A stretch of 63,153 bases of DNA, the filler included. It is 7 parts of 7 records of this genome, joined end to end, with 100 filler letters (N's around TTAATTAATTAA, not from the genome) between each part and the next. Parts side by side here need not be neighbours in the genome. Positions count along the whole stretch, not along the records: positions 35,540 to 52,122 come from SRR20825010_3071; positions 52,223 to 55,536 come from SRR20825010_3075; positions 55,637 to 59,864 come from SRR20825010_3103; positions 59,965 to 63,153 come from SRR20825010_3135; 3 more parts are not named here. One strand, given 5' to 3'. The notes beneath the pieces were generated by a model, which did not search any database, had not been told where the DNA came from, and was given only the letters and a program-made list of their open reading frames with translations. A program made the position numbers and the translations under genes. Positions 49,972 through 61,143 of this stretch are shown here, piece after piece (position 1 is the stretch's first letter; each line of letters starts with the position of its first letter).

Positions 49972-50604
49972 TCAATTACTCTCCGAAATTTTACAGTTTT
50001 GATCTAGTTCATTAATTAATTGCTTAATTTTTCGAGTTGCGCTATAGCTCACAAACCTCTTGGTATTAATTTCTAATGTGTCTGAAGAAATAAATTTAAT
50101 TAGTTTGTATTCCTCTTTACTGTAAAAGTCCTGACATGAACAATTACTGGATCGCAATTTATAACACCCTTTTTCTGGAGATTTTAGCCTTCCATAAATC
50201 TCATTATTTGTGCGATTCAAAACATAAAAGGAATCAACACTAAAATCAAAAGGAATGTACATATTCATCCTCGATTTGTAATCCCCAATATTAGGTACAG
50301 TATCACGTGATAATATTACATCTTGACCATAGAAATCTCCATCTAAAATGAAACCAGCTAAAGTATCTGATTCAATTTTTTCAAATTGCACAACTCCTGG
50401 AAAATAATTTACGCGTTGAGAATAATTGTCATTATAATAAACATTTCCCTGACATACAAGACTCGATTTCGGGTGAATCAAATAGACAATATTTCCGCTG
50501 TTATTTGCAAATACAATCCCAGTTTCGGAGTTCAAATAAAATTTGTTTGTGTTACAACTTAACAAGATTGAAATTGAAAAAATAAAATACCAGTTACTTC
50601 TCAT
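49972..50604 (-). CDS. Lipoprotein, candidate cognate immunity protein of the RHS toxin
   Basis: Lipobox LLSC. ATG directly follows TAA 50607-50605 of the extended toxin frame. Confidence 0.7.
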   Translation of the reverse strand: MRSNWYFIFSISILLSCNTNKFYLNSETGIVFANNSGNIVYLIHPKSSLVCQGNVYYNDNYSQRVNYFPGVVQFEKIESDTLAGFILDGDFYGQDVILSRDTVPNIGDYKSRMNMYIPFDFSVDSFYVLNRTNNEIYGRLKSPEKGCYKLRSSNCSCQDFYSKEEYKLIKFISSDTLEINTKRFVSYSATRKIKQLINELDQNCKISESN

Positions 50605-52122
50605 TTAAAAATTATTAAGTGCGTCTAGAAGGTTAAATATTCCCTTGGGAAGAGAACCGATGAATGCATCTTGTCCTGCCTTCTACATATTATATTGACC
50701 TGAAATCACATTTGTTGTAGACATAGGACTACAGTTTTTACCGTACAGATAGCTATTGGTCAATATACTATTATTCCAACTGCCCCAATCATAATAACCA
50801 AGAACCTCTTCGCTTCTAACAACTATGGAAATGGATGGTTTATTTGAATACTCTTTTGATACTTCGGCGTTAACGTCATTCGTGTATTGTTGTGGGACAG
50901 ATGGATCTGCAAAAAGATTTTGTCTGTTATATGCTTCTACTTCATCAGTTTGATCATAAGCATAACCTCCCGATGAAGACGTGGCACTAAAAGTGAAATT
51001 CAAACGATAATTAATAAACTGATCCGCATGCTTTAATTCATGCGCTATGACTTGTAGCGGAGAGTATTTGGCGTCCGTTTTTATATTAACATCAATTTCA
51101 TTAGTATTTGGATTGTAACCAATATTTCCTCCTGCTATACTTGAAGGTCTTGTAGGGTCTGAAAAAGCCACCTCTCCTACACGTATCCTAAAGACATCTC
51201 CAGAACATTCTATTGCGTCCAATTCATTATTAATTCCTTCATAAATTGCCTGTGTTTTTTCAAGTCCACTTTTTTTATTTAAATCAGTCATACTGGCAAT
51301 TTTTGAATTTATTGTTGAAATGCGATCATTAATTTCTTGTCGATAGGTACGATATAGATTTCCGGAAACCTGAGTTGCAAATTTTACTGTATCACCTAGA
51401 GCATCCGTATAAAAAATTGGATTATTCCCCATGCTGACGTAAGGACTTTCCCAAGCCGTTGCTTTCGGGTCAATACTCAACCAACGTCCTACTCTCGGAT
51501 CAAGCTGTCGGAAGTGCGTAGTATAGGAATTTCCTTCGCCTTTAACTTCGTCGTCTTTTTCCGAACCTTGATAGCCATACCTGTAATCTCCCACGCTTCC
51601 GTTTCCGTAGCAGATTTCTTGCAGACTGTAAAGTCCTAGTTTAGCCACGCGTAAGTTATATACTTCGTATGGATAAGGTGCCGTGAGTCCTTGACTAGAA
51701 CAACTACAAATCGAAATATCAACGATCATAGGATCTGTAGGATTCGCATCTACTTCGGTGCGTTTCACCACTCCATTCTTCTTGTAGACAATATTCCCAC
51801 CTTCATGATGGATACTATATTCGTCTCCTACCTGTCTCGCCGGATAAACAACTCCTGTGCTAACTCCATCTTTCCATGTACTACTTGAGCCAGAATCATA
51901 GAAATACCATGCATAGTCAATCGTATTGTAATGCGCTCCAGTTTCCAGGTAGGATAAGCCTACAAAGTTGACGTATTCATTAATAGATCCTGGGCCTACT
52001 TCAAAAACAATGTACTCTCCTGGCTCAACGGTTTGAACACTGTTCGCACCATTCCTCTGATACCAACATTTTCACTGTTCAGGCGTCGAATAATTGTTTC
52101 TCTATCAGGAGTAATTGTACAG
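50605..52122 (-). pseudogene. RHS repeat-associated core protein with HExxH toxin domain, disrupted and 5'-partial
   Basis: YRYGYQGSEKDDE...RQLDPRVGRWLSIDP...SPYVSMGNNPIFYTDALGD, then AHELKH...DEVEAY. In-frame TAG at 50685-50683 and TGA at 52074-52072. Confidence 0.75.
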
Positions 52123-52222
52123 NNNNNNNNNNNNNNNNNNNNNNNNNNNNNNNNNNNNNNNNNNNNTTAATTAATTAANNNNNNNNNNNNNNNNNNNNNN
52201 NNNNNNNNNNNNNNNNNNNNNN
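52123..52222. other. Artificial contig spacer
   Basis: N-run with TTAATTAATTAA. Confidence 0.98.
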
Positions 52223-52223
52223 G

Positions 52224-52817
52224 TTCTTCGGCAACGAATATCCGTTCCTGTCCTGGATGAGCCAGCTCGGCATTCCGACCCAGGGTGGCGCCGACGGTGT
52301 CGAAGTGCTCAAGCAGGGCTTCAATGTCGACCCGCTGATCCAGAAGCAGGCCGACTGCGTGTCGACCATGACCTACAATGAATACTGGCAGGTGATCGAC
52401 GCCGGGATTTCCGCCGACGATCTCATCACCTTCAAGTACGAGGACGAAGGCGTCGCCACCCTTGAGGACGGGCTTTACGTTCTCGAATCGAGCCTTGAAG
52501 ATCCGGCCATGGTCGACAAGCTCGCCCGCTTCGTCAAAGCCTCGATGGAAGGCTGGAAATGGGCCGAGGCAAACCCGGACGAGGCCGCCGAGATCGTGCT
52601 CGAGAACGACGCCAGCGGCGCCCAGACCGAGAAGCACCAGAAGCGCATGATGAGCGAGATCGCCAAGCTCACCGCCGGCTCCGACGGCACGCTTGACGAA
52701 GCCGACTACAGGCGCACGGTGGACAGCCTTTTGTCGGGCGGTTCAGACCCGGTCATCTCCAAGGAGCCGGAAGGCGCATGGACTTCGGTCGTCACCGACA
52801 AGATGAAATCCATGTAA
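52224..52817 (+). CDS. NMT1/THI5-like ABC substrate-binding protein, 3' part
   Basis: [39 protein letters not shown]. Confidence 0.85.
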   Translation, partial: FFGNEYPFLSWMSQLGIPTQGGADGVEVLKQGFNVDPLIQKQADCVSTMTYNEYWQVIDAGISADDLITFKYEDEGVATLEDGLYVLESSLEDPAMVDKLARFVKASMEGWKWAEANPDEAAEIVLENDASGAQTEKHQKRMMSEIAKLTAGSDGTLDEADYRRTVDSLLSGGSDPVISKEPEGAWTSVVTDKMKSM

Positions 52818-52839
52818 TCATCCTTTTCGGCTAAACTCG

Positions 52840-52869
52840 ACCGGTCGGCTGCAAAGCCGGCCGGTTTTT
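52840..52869 (+). terminator. Hairpin terminator/attenuator between SBP and ade
   Basis: ACCGGTCGGCT-GCAA-AGCCGGCCGGT followed by TTTT. Confidence 0.7.
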
Positions 52870-52899
52870 GATTCGGACAGACGACAACGGGGGCCATCC

Positions 52900-54600
52900 A
52901 TGACAGACAGACTTGGCGACATGATTGATCAGGGCCAGGGCAAGGCGCCGGCCGACATCGTGCTCAAGGGCGGCCGGCTGTTCGACCTCACAACAGGGTC
53001 CTTGCGCGACGGCGACATCGCCATCTGCGGCGACCGGATCGTCGGCACGCTTGAGAGCTATTCCGGCGTCCGCGAGATCGATATTTCCGGCCGGATCGTC
53101 GTTCCCGGCTTCATCGACACCCATTTGCACATCGAGAGTTCGCTGGTCACCCCGCACGAGTTCGACCGCTGCGTGCTGCCGCGCGGCATCACCACCGCGA
53201 TCTGCGATCCGCATGAAATCGCCAATGTCATCGGCGCCACCGGCATCCGATATTTCCTCGATTGTGCCGTCCAGACCATCATGGACATCCGGGTGCAGCT
53301 GTCGAGCTGCGTGCCCGCCACCCATCTCGAAACCGCCGGCGCCCGGCTCGATATCGAGGACCTGCTGCCGTTCCGTGATCACCCGAAGGTGATCGGGCTT
53401 GCGGAATTCATGAACTTTCCCGGGGTCCTTTCGAAGGACCCCGCCTGCATGGCCAAGCTCGAAGCCTTCCAGGGCGGCCACATCGACGGCCACGCGCCCT
53501 TGCTGCGCGGGCTCGGCCTCAACGGCTATCTCGCCGCCGGCATCCGCACCGAGCACGAATCGACCACCGCCGGGGAAGCGCTCGAAAAGATGTCGAAGGG
53601 CATGCATGTGCTGGTCCGCGAAGGCTCGGTCAGCCGCGATCTTGACGCGCTGATCCCGATCATCACCGAGCGCAATTCGCCCTTCCTGGCGCTGTGCACC
53701 GACGACCGCAACCCGCTCGACATCGCCGAGCACGGCCATCTCGACTACATGATCCGCCATGCCATTTCGAAAGGCGTGGAACCGCTGGCGATCTACCGTG
53801 CCGCCTCGATCTCGGCTGCACGCGCCTTCGGGCTCAGGGATCGGGGACTGGTGGCGCCGGGCTGGCGCGCCGACCTCGTCGTGCTCGACAGCCTCGAAGA
53901 CTGCAATGCGCAGATGGTGTTCTCAGCCGGCAGGCTTGTCACAGATGAGCTGTTTGCCGCGCGCAAGGTAACAGCACCGGTCGGCACCGACAGCGTTCGC
54001 GCGCCTAGGGTCGAGGCCGCCTCCTTCACCGTACGCAAGAACTCGAGCCAGACCCCGGTGATCGGCATTGTCCCCGGCAAGATCATCACCGAGCGGCGTG
54101 ATCTCGATCTCACTATTAACAATGGCGAGAAGCAGATCGATCCGGGCCGCGACATTCTCAAGATTTCCGTGATCGAGCGGCATGGGAAAAACGGCAACAT
54201 CGCCACCGGCTTTGTTCAAGGCTTCGGCCTCAAGCGCGGCGCCATCGCCTCGACCGTCGGCCATGACAGCCACAATATCTGCGTCGTCGGCGCCAGCGAA
54301 TCCGACATGGCGGTGGCCGCCAACCGGTTGAGCGAGATCCGCGGCGGCTTCGTCGTAGCAGAAGAGGGCAAGGTGATTGCCGAAATCGCCCTTCCGGTGG
54401 CGGGCCTGATGAGCGACCAGCCCTATGAGCATGTGCGCGAGACCCTGATCCCGCTGCGCAAGGCGGCGAAATCATTGGGCGGCACCCTCGACGAGCCGTT
54501 CCTGCAGCTGGCCTTCCTGCCCTTGCCGGTGATCCCGCATCTGAAGATCTCCGACCGCGGCATGATCGATGTCGACGCCTTCGAGATCATCGACCCGTAA
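52900..54600 (+). CDS. ade: Adenine deaminase
   Basis: [58 protein letters not shown]. Confidence 0.96.
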   Translation: MTDRLGDMIDQGQGKAPADIVLKGGRLFDLTTGSLRDGDIAICGDRIVGTLESYSGVREIDISGRIVVPGFIDTHLHIESSLVTPHEFDRCVLPRGITTAICDPHEIANVIGATGIRYFLDCAVQTIMDIRVQLSSCVPATHLETAGARLDIEDLLPFRDHPKVIGLAEFMNFPGVLSKDPACMAKLEAFQGGHIDGHAPLLRGLGLNGYLAAGIRTEHESTTAGEALEKMSKGMHVLVREGSVSRDLDALIPIITERNSPFLALCTDDRNPLDIAEHGHLDYMIRHAISKGVEPLAIYRAASISAARAFGLRDRGLVAPGWRADLVVLDSLEDCNAQMVFSAGRLVTDELFAARKVTAPVGTDSVRAPRVEAASFTVRKNSSQTPVIGIVPGKIITERRDLDLTINNGEKQIDPGRDILKISVIERHGKNGNIATGFVQGFGLKRGAIASTVGHDSHNICVVGASESDMAVAANRLSEIRGGFVVAEEGKVIAEIALPVAGLMSDQPYEHVRETLIPLRKAAKSLGGTLDEPFLQLAFLPLPVIPHLKISDRGMIDVDAFEIIDP

Positions 54601-54621
54601 TGCGCCGCGCCGGCACCGGGG

Positions 54622-55536
54622 TCACCCCAGCCGGGCGCAGAACACATCCAGGCCTTCGAGCATCACGGTGCCGCCTTCATGGCCCGGCGCGAATCCGGGC
54701 AACCGCACCACCTCGGCAAGCTGCAGGTCAGACGGTGGCGTCCATTCCACCGGGCTCCGGTCCAGATTGAACACGAACAGCAGCCGCTCGGCGCCCTCCC
54801 CCCGGATGAAGGCCAGCAGATCGCCATTGGTGTTGAGAAATGTCATCGGGCCGTCGATGAGGCTTGCGCGGGATTTCCGGAACATGAGCGTCCGCCGATA
54901 GTGGTTCAGCAGCGAGCCGCTCAGGTGATCCTGCTGGTCGACGGCATGCCGGAGATGGCTCTCCGGGACAGGCAGCCATGCGCGCGGCGCGTCCGAGAAC
55001 CCCGCATGGGCGGCGTCCCTCTCCCAGACCATAGGAGTCCGGCACCCGTCCCTGCCCTTGTAGGCCGGCCAGAACCGGATGCCGTAGGGATCGACGAGAT
55101 CCTCGAACGCGATCTCGGCCTCCTCCAGCCCCAGTTCCTCGCCCTGGTAGAGACAGATCGATCCCCGGAATGAAGACAGCATGGTGATCGCGAACCGCGC
55201 CAGGTGCTCCGGATCGTCGCCCTCCCGCTTCCAGCGCGACACGTGCCGCTCGACATCATGGTTGGAAAAGGCCCAGCAGACCCAGCCGTCTTTGACCACC
55301 GACTGGAAATTGGCGATGCTGCGGCGGAAATGCTCGGCGGAAAATTCCGCGCTCAGCATGTCGAACGTGTAGCACATGTGCAGCTTGTCGCCGCCATTGG
55401 TGTAGGCCGCGACCGTCTTCAGCGATCGCCGTCCGTCGCCGACTTCGCCAACGGTGGTGCGGCCTTCATACTGATCCAGCAGGGCACGCAGCCGCTGCAG
55501 GAAGACGATGTTTTCGGGCTGTGACTTGTCGTAGAG
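54622..55536 (-). CDS. GH13 alpha-glucosidase, 3' part
   Basis: YDKSQPEN, VGEVGD, AFSNHDV, LYQGEELGL, GRDGCRTPM.W. Confidence 0.93.
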   Translation of the reverse strand, partial: LYDKSQPENIVFLQRLRALLDQYEGRTTVGEVGDGRRSLKTVAAYTNGGDKLHMCYTFDMLSAEFSAEHFRRSIANFQSVVKDGWVCWAFSNHDVERHVSRWKREGDDPEHLARFAITMLSSFRGSICLYQGEELGLEEAEIAFEDLVDPYGIRFWPAYKGRDGCRTPMVWERDAAHAGFSDAPRAWLPVPESHLRHAVDQQDHLSGSLLNHYRRTLMFRKSRASLIDGPMTFLNTNGDLLAFIRGEGAERLLFVFNLDRSPVEWTPPSDLQLAEVVRLPGFAPGHEGGTVMLEGLDVFCARLG

Positions 55537-55636
55537 NNNNNNNNNNNNNNNNNNNNNNNNNNNNNNNNNNNNNNNNNNNNTTAATTAATTAANNNNNNNN
55601 NNNNNNNNNNNNNNNNNNNNNNNNNNNNNNNNNNNN
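55537..55636. other. Artificial contig spacer
   Basis: N-run with TTAATTAATTAA. Confidence 0.98.
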
Positions 55637-55977
55637 CTCATCGCCGCGCACTGATTCACCAAACAGAGCCGCGGGCGCCAGCACGCGGAAGGAGATCAAA
55701 GTCTGGCAGACGCGCGGGCCCCTCACGGCGTCGCTCGAAAGTGGAACTCCCCCTCCACATGTTCACGCCCGCAACTCTGCCTGTGCCGCGACCAAAAAAT
55801 CGCGACGACCTACCCCGCCTGCGCGCCAAATCGTGGACCTCCCCGCCTTTCGCCTTCCGTCAGCCCTCGATTGCCGCCACAATAAGGGCGGGCTCCCCCC
55901 CTGCCCGACCGTGCGGCATCCCGCCGGCCGGGGATGTCACCGATTCAGGGTCGGCCGGGTCGAAAGGGGAGTCGAGG

Positions 55978-56586
55978 ATGATCAAGGGGAGCGCTGGTCG
56001 ATGGATGGGGCGGGCCTGGCAAACCGGGTTGATAGCGTGCGCGGCTGTTCTTGTCATGTCAGGGTGTGCAGACTTGCAGGCCCTGGACGAGTTCCGGGCC
56101 GACGCCCACACCCTCAGACAGTCGCTGGAGGCCCGTGCGGACCGGTGGGACAACACTCTGGGCAAGATGGCGGCCGACGACCCGGCCCGGCCACGGGTCG
56201 AGGCCGAGGCCGCCCAGGCCCGGGCGGCGGTGGCAACAGTGGACGCGGGGATCGCCCGGATCGACGAGGTTCTGGCAGAAGCCGCGAAACCGACCGACCC
56301 GCTTACCGAAACAGTTGGTGCGGCCTCGGGGCTGTTGCCGATGCCACTGCGCGGTCCCCTCGTGCTGGGTGCCGCGGCTGCGGTCGTCGGTCTCCGCGCC
56401 TGGCGGCTCAAGACGGGGCTGGCATCGGTGGCACGGGGCCTCTCGGTGGCGCTGCGAGAGGATGAGGAGTTCCGTACATGTTTCGGGAAACACGCCAACA
56501 CCTTCCGCGCCACCCAGACACCGACCGCCCGACGGGTGATCGACGAGGTCACCCACACCGGCCCGATGCTGCGCCTGCCGGTGTAG
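55978..56586 (+). CDS. Hypothetical lipoprotein
   Basis: Lipobox-like VLVMSGC, helical body, hydrophobic segment near the C-terminus. RBS-like GGGGAG/GAGG before ATG 55978. Confidence 0.6.
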   Translation: MIKGSAGRWMGRAWQTGLIACAAVLVMSGCADLQALDEFRADAHTLRQSLEARADRWDNTLGKMAADDPARPRVEAEAAQARAAVATVDAGIARIDEVLAEAAKPTDPLTETVGAASGLLPMPLRGPLVLGAAAAVVGLRAWRLKTGLASVARGLSVALREDEEFRTCFGKHANTFRATQTPTARRVIDEVTHTGPMLRLPV

Positions 56587-57389
56587 CCGATGCAGGCGCC
56601 CGCATTTCTCACAACGACCGCGGGTCCCGAGCTTGCGCTCGGGGCTCGTCTTGCAGGGCCCGGCTGCGTGCCTTCACCCTCATCGAACTCCTCGTGGTCA
56701 TCTCGATCATCGCCCTGCTCATCGGCATCCTGCTGCCCGCTCTGGGCAAGGCCCGCGAGCAAGGGTGGAGCGTCAAGTGCCTCACCAACCTGCGGGGCCT
56801 GGGCACCTCGATGCAGCTCTACTTCAACGACTCCGACGGCGTGCTGCCGTGGATCGACCCCATCGCCGGCGCAGACGAGAACGAGAACAACATCGACCTC
56901 TTCGAGGTCTTCGCGGCCTACATCGACGCCGTGCAGCCGCGTCGCGAGATCCCCGGCAACGAGGACTCCGCCTGGGTCGTGCAGGAGCCCTACCGCTGCC
57001 CGGCCGACCGGGAACCGCTCGACGACGACGAGGGCGAGCCGCGGGCGGCGCACGAGACCTACGGCACCAGCTACGACGGGCCCTGGATCCAGCTCTACGT
57101 CGCACTCGAGCTCTTCGACGCCATCGACCCAGACAACAGCGACCCCAAGGTCGCCAAGGCCGAACGCTGGAAAGCCCAGCGCGCCGTCTCGCGGGCCTAC
57201 GACCAGTACGCCACCCGCGGCGAGACTCTCCCGGTCATGCTCGACTTCGCCTCGATCCACCCGGCCAAATCGGGCAAGAACGCGCTCTACTGGGACGGCT
57301 CGGCCGACATCTACCCCGGCGACCCGCCCAGCGAGTTCGTCGAGGAGTTCCTCGCGCTCACACTCCGGCTCTGCAACTTCGGAAGCTAG
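56478..57389 (+). CDS. Prepilin-type N-terminal cleavage/methylation domain protein (DUF1559-like)
   Basis: AFTLIELLVVISIIALLIGILLPALGKAR...KCLTNLR, YRCPAD, H......NALYWDGS. Start uncertain. Confidence 0.85.
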   Translation: MFRETRQHLPRHPDTDRPTGDRRGHPHRPDAAPAGVADAGARISHNDRGSRACARGSSCRARLRAFTLIELLVVISIIALLIGILLPALGKAREQGWSVKCLTNLRGLGTSMQLYFNDSDGVLPWIDPIAGADENENNIDLFEVFAAYIDAVQPRREIPGNEDSAWVVQEPYRCPADREPLDDDEGEPRAAHETYGTSYDGPWIQLYVALELFDAIDPDNSDPKVAKAERWKAQRAVSRAYDQYATRGETLPVMLDFASIHPAKSGKNALYWDGSADIYPGDPPSEFVEEFLALTLRLCNFGS

Positions 57390-57424
57390 GATTTTTCACG
57401 CCCGTCTCGATTCGGAACGACACC

Positions 57425-58234
57425 ATGCCCGACCAACCACACACCACCGGCTCACTGCTCGACGACGACCCCACCGTGGCGACGATCGGTGTCGGGGCGC
57501 ACAAGCCCTCACTCCGCGACCGGCTCCGCGCGGTCGAGAAAGGCGCGGTCGCACGGTTCAACGCCGCGTGGGCGGTGCCGTGGTCGCGCTACGCGATCAT
57601 GGGCGGCAGTTCCGTCGCCGCCCTCGCGCTCGGGCTGGGCATCTACCTGGCGATCCGCCCCGTCCCCAAGCCCGACTACGAGCAGGCGGAGATGAACAAG
57701 ATCTTCAACTACACGCTGCTGACCGAGGAGTTCAACCGCCTGCCCGTCGAAGAACGCATCGAGCTGATCAGCCAGCTCGTGGACCGTGTCGGCGACATGG
57801 ACGCCAGCGAGTCGGTGATGATGGCGCAGTTCTTCGCCGGGATCGCCGGAGAGGCCCGCGAGCAGATCGAACGCAACGCCGGCAAGCTGCTGGTGGACGC
57901 GACCGACCTGGTCGCCAAGGACTACGCCGCGGTGCCCCCGGAAGAACGCGACGCCTACCTCGACGACGCCTACGTCAGGCTCGTGCGGCTCACCTCACCC
58001 TTCGACGGCTCCATCGACCGGCGCACCGACGAGGAACTGCTCGAGCGCGGCCGACGCGACACCAAGCAGGGCCAGGAAGCCATGGGCAGCGGCGAGGTCA
58101 ACGCCGACCAGGCGTCACGCCTCCTGGTCTTCATGAACCAGCAGACCGCCAAGAGCGCCTCACCCGCGCAGCAACAACGCCTCACACTCTTCATGCGCGA
58201 CATGACCCGAAGGCTGCGCGAGCCGGGCGGCTGA
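57425..58234 (+). CDS. Hypothetical single-TM protein
   Basis: MPDQPH..., one TM, then PVPKPDY...LLTEEFNRLPVEER. Strong GC3 bias. Confidence 0.75.
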   Translation: MPDQPHTTGSLLDDDPTVATIGVGAHKPSLRDRLRAVEKGAVARFNAAWAVPWSRYAIMGGSSVAALALGLGIYLAIRPVPKPDYEQAEMNKIFNYTLLTEEFNRLPVEERIELISQLVDRVGDMDASESVMMAQFFAGIAGEAREQIERNAGKLLVDATDLVAKDYAAVPPEERDAYLDDAYVRLVRLTSPFDGSIDRRTDEELLERGRRDTKQGQEAMGSGEVNADQASRLLVFMNQQTAKSASPAQQQRLTLFMRDMTRRLREPGG

Positions 58235-58247
58235 ACGCCGGGCCGCC

Positions 58248-58784
58248 TTACCAGATCAGAAAGCTCAGGATCCCGGCCAACAGCAGGCTACTCGCGGTCA
58301 CCGTGTCCGCGCGGCCTGCCGGTGTTGCTCGATCCAGTTTGTGCCAGGTCCACAGACCGGCCGCCGCGGTAAGAACGCCGCATGCGATGAGCAACAGGGC
58401 CGGCACGCCGTGGCGAACGAGCTGTCCACCGTCGCCGCCCTTCAGCAGCGCATCCATCGCGGCGTATCCGCCGTTGAGGATCAGCGCAAAGCCCGCCCAG
58501 ATCTGCAGCACTCTCGATGCCGCACACCCTATCGATCGCGCACCAAACCAGACGATGACGGGAATCATCGCTCCCACGAGCAGGCCGGCCACGGTCGTGA
58601 GAACCGCGTGTCGATCCGGTTCACGGGTGGTGTGTGAGAATCCGAACAGGGGAAGCTCGACTCGGACCCGCTTTGAGCCCAACAGGATCGCAGCAAGTGC
58701 GTGACCACATTCGTGCAGGGCGAGTGCGCTGTACCAGCATCCTGGAATCAGGATCGCACCAAGGACGGTGGTTGAACGGCGCAT
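58248..58784 (-). CDS. M50-like membrane zinc metalloprotease
   Basis: ALHECGHAL, AG...G and GDG motifs, several TMs. Confidence 0.7.
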   Translation of the reverse strand: MRRSTTVLGAILIPGCWYSALALHECGHALAAILLGSKRVRVELPLFGFSHTTREPDRHAVLTTVAGLLVGAMIPVIVWFGARSIGCAASRVLQIWAGFALILNGGYAAMDALLKGGDGGQLVRHGVPALLLIACGVLTAAAGLWTWHKLDRATPAGRADTVTASSLLLAGILSFLIW

Positions 58785-58879
58785 CGTCGCTCTTTTCGTC
58801 GCCCGCGTGTCGCGGTTGCTCGGAGGTGCCCGTGATTCGGACCAAGTTCTCGTTGCTGCTGGGGACGGGAAGCTTGCCC

Positions 58880-59863
58880 CTACGCCATCGCCCGCATCGC
58901 CACCAGCATCAGACACATGATCGTCGCGTTGTGCAGGCAGTGGGCGGTGATCGCGCCGATGATCGAGCCCCGCCACTCGCGGATCAGCGCAAAGGTCACA
59001 CCCAGTGCGATCAGCGGGCCCACCATCAGCGGGCCGTAGCTGTGCATGAACGCAAAGAGGAACGCGGTCGCGACAGTGCAGACCAGCACCCCCGCCCGCC
59101 CGCGCAGGTGGCGGTAGACCGCCCCGCGGAAGAGGGTCTCCTCGGCGATCGGCGCCCAGATCGTCGCGAGCGTGATCAGCAGGATGATCGTCACGAAGTC
59201 GGCGCTCTGCAGCATCTCCAGGATCGGGTTGCTCGGCGGGCTCTCGGGCTCACCAAAGATCGCGGCCGAGGCAAATGTCAGCAGGACCGTCACGATCATG
59301 CCCATCACGAGGATCGGCACGCCCGCGAAGTAGCCCGCCACACCGGCCAGGATCTCGCGGAACACACCGTTGGGGGCGGTCCACCCGACGGCACCGCGCC
59401 AGTCGCGCAGCCGCACGCCGCGGAGCACCGGCCAGAACAGCGTCAGAAGCAGCATCCACTGCGCCGCCATCGAGAGGCGCACCACCACGGTCGCGTCGGA
59501 AATCAACTTCGAGGCCACAACCCCGAGCACCTGCACCAGCCCGAAGCCCAGCAGGAAAACCGCGAACGTCTCGAGGAAGACACTGCCCCCGGGCGCGGGC
59601 GCCTCGAACCGCCACCGGAGCCGCCTCGTCGCCATCATCACGATCGCAACGATGAACATCGTCAGCCCCGCCAAACCCCACACCGCCAGCAGCACAAAGA
59701 CGAAGAACAGGAACCCGACCGCCCACGAGAGATCGTCGTACAGCGCCTCCCGCGCGGCCGTATCACTCTCGGGCGTCGTGGCGAGCCTGCCCAGCCACCC
59801 ATACCGATCGACCAGGCGTGCCCGGGCGTCGTCCGGCAGCTCGTCGAGCCCACGGGTGTAGAG
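58880..59863 (-). CDS. CPBP (CAAX/Abi) intramembrane metalloprotease, 5'-partial
   Basis: APIAEETLFRG, FAFMH, AHCLHN. Confidence 0.9.
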   Translation of the reverse strand, partial: LYTRGLDELPDDARARLVDRYGWLGRLATTPESDTAAREALYDDLSWAVGFLFFVFVLLAVWGLAGLTMFIVAIVMMATRRLRWRFEAPAPGGSVFLETFAVFLLGFGLVQVLGVVASKLISDATVVVRLSMAAQWMLLLTLFWPVLRGVRLRDWRGAVGWTAPNGVFREILAGVAGYFAGVPILVMGMIVTVLLTFASAAIFGEPESPPSNPILEMLQSADFVTIILLITLATIWAPIAEETLFRGAVYRHLRGRAGVLVCTVATAFLFAFMHSYGPLMVGPLIALGVTFALIREWRGSIIGAITAHCLHNATIMCLMLVAMRAMA

Positions 59864-59864
59864 C

Positions 59865-59964
59865 NNNNNNNNNNNNNNNNNNNNNNNNNNNNNNNNNNNN
59901 NNNNNNNNTTAATTAATTAANNNNNNNNNNNNNNNNNNNNNNNNNNNNNNNNNNNNNNNNNNNN
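59865..59964. other. Artificial contig spacer
   Basis: N-run with TTAATTAATTAA. Confidence 0.98.
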
Positions 59965-61143
59965 GTTCTTGATTGTCTCCAGCGCTGGTTTGAAGGTCAG
60001 GATAAAGCTTTGGATCGCAGTGTTCAGCGGGCTGGCCAAATTCACGTGCCAGCCAGCGGGCCAGTTCTCCAAAACAGGCAGGACGGGACACAGTACAATC
60101 ACGGCGATTGTCGCAGCCGCCAGTGCTATCCAGAAACCGTGGCGCGCGGCGTAGCCGCGGTGCTCCATGCCGCGGCTCTCGGTTTCTGCAAGTCCGGCTG
60201 TAAGGCGGTCGAGAACCATTGCCAGCAACGCGATAACGATCCCCGCAACAAGGCTGGCCCCAAACTCAGCCTTGCGCATGGTGGACAGCACCTCCCAGCC
60301 GATATCGGCTGTGCCGCCAATGATCGACGCGATGATGACCATCGACAGCGATGCCATTGTGGTTTGATTGACACCGATCAGGATCTGGCGAAGCGCTGCC
60401 GGAAAACGTACTCGCCAGAACAGTTGGCCACGGGTTGCGCCGGACATCTGGCCGGATTCTATGATTTCCGAAGGCACTTCGCGCAGGCCTAGAATGGTGT
60501 TGCGGACCATCGGCGGAAAAGCAAACAGTACCGAGGCGACCAAGCCAACAACCGGCCCAAATCCGAACAAGAGCAGAATAGGAAGTAGGTAAGCAAAGGC
60601 CGGAACCGTTTGCGCGACATCCAGCAGCGGCATCAACACCCGTTCAGCACGTGGCGAGACGAAGCCCCAGACCCCCAAACCAAATCCGACAAGCACCGCA
60701 AGCGGTACGGAAATAAAGACCAAAGCCAGTGAATTCATCGCAGGCGCCCAAAGCCCCACCATTAGAACATAGACAAAGCTAAGCGCGGTAAATGCCGCCA
60801 ACCCCGGCCCGCGCACCTTGTAGGCGATACCGGCGATCACGAGGACTGTCGCGCTCCATGGCAGCCATTGCAGCAGGTCCCGGATCCAGGTCATCGGGTA
60901 AGTAAAGAGCAACGTAATCGCACGAAAGAACGGCCGGAAGTTGTCCACGAACCAGTCCATGACAGCATTGAACCATGCCGCGACCGGCAGTTGCAGTGCG
61001 CTGGGATAATCTTGCAGCCAATCGACAGCACCCTGCGCCAGCACGCACAGCAAGGCAAAAAGGATAACCAGTGGCCACCCCAGCCAGCGCCGCGCCATCG
61101 GCAACGCAGGAAGCGGCGCCGAGTGTGCATCAACTTGCGTCAT
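59965..61143 (-). CDS. Glycine betaine/proline-type ABC permease (long, duplicated type), 3'-partial
   Basis: LDVAQTVPAFAYLLP, PPMVRNT.LGL, GVNQTTMASLSMVIIAS. A second module begins before the truncation. Confidence 0.9.

Noticed and set aside
56590-58704. 704-aa ORF, plus the extended 533-aa and 466-aa overlapping ORFs
   Set aside because: Shadow frames of high-GC coding DNA (Arg/Pro/Ser-rich, no motifs). The real genes are the prepilin-type gene and 57425-58234.
58880-59863. Abortive-infection defence gene (Abi label)
   Set aside because: CPBP/CAAX proteases carry the Abi name for historical reasons, and there is no defence context here.
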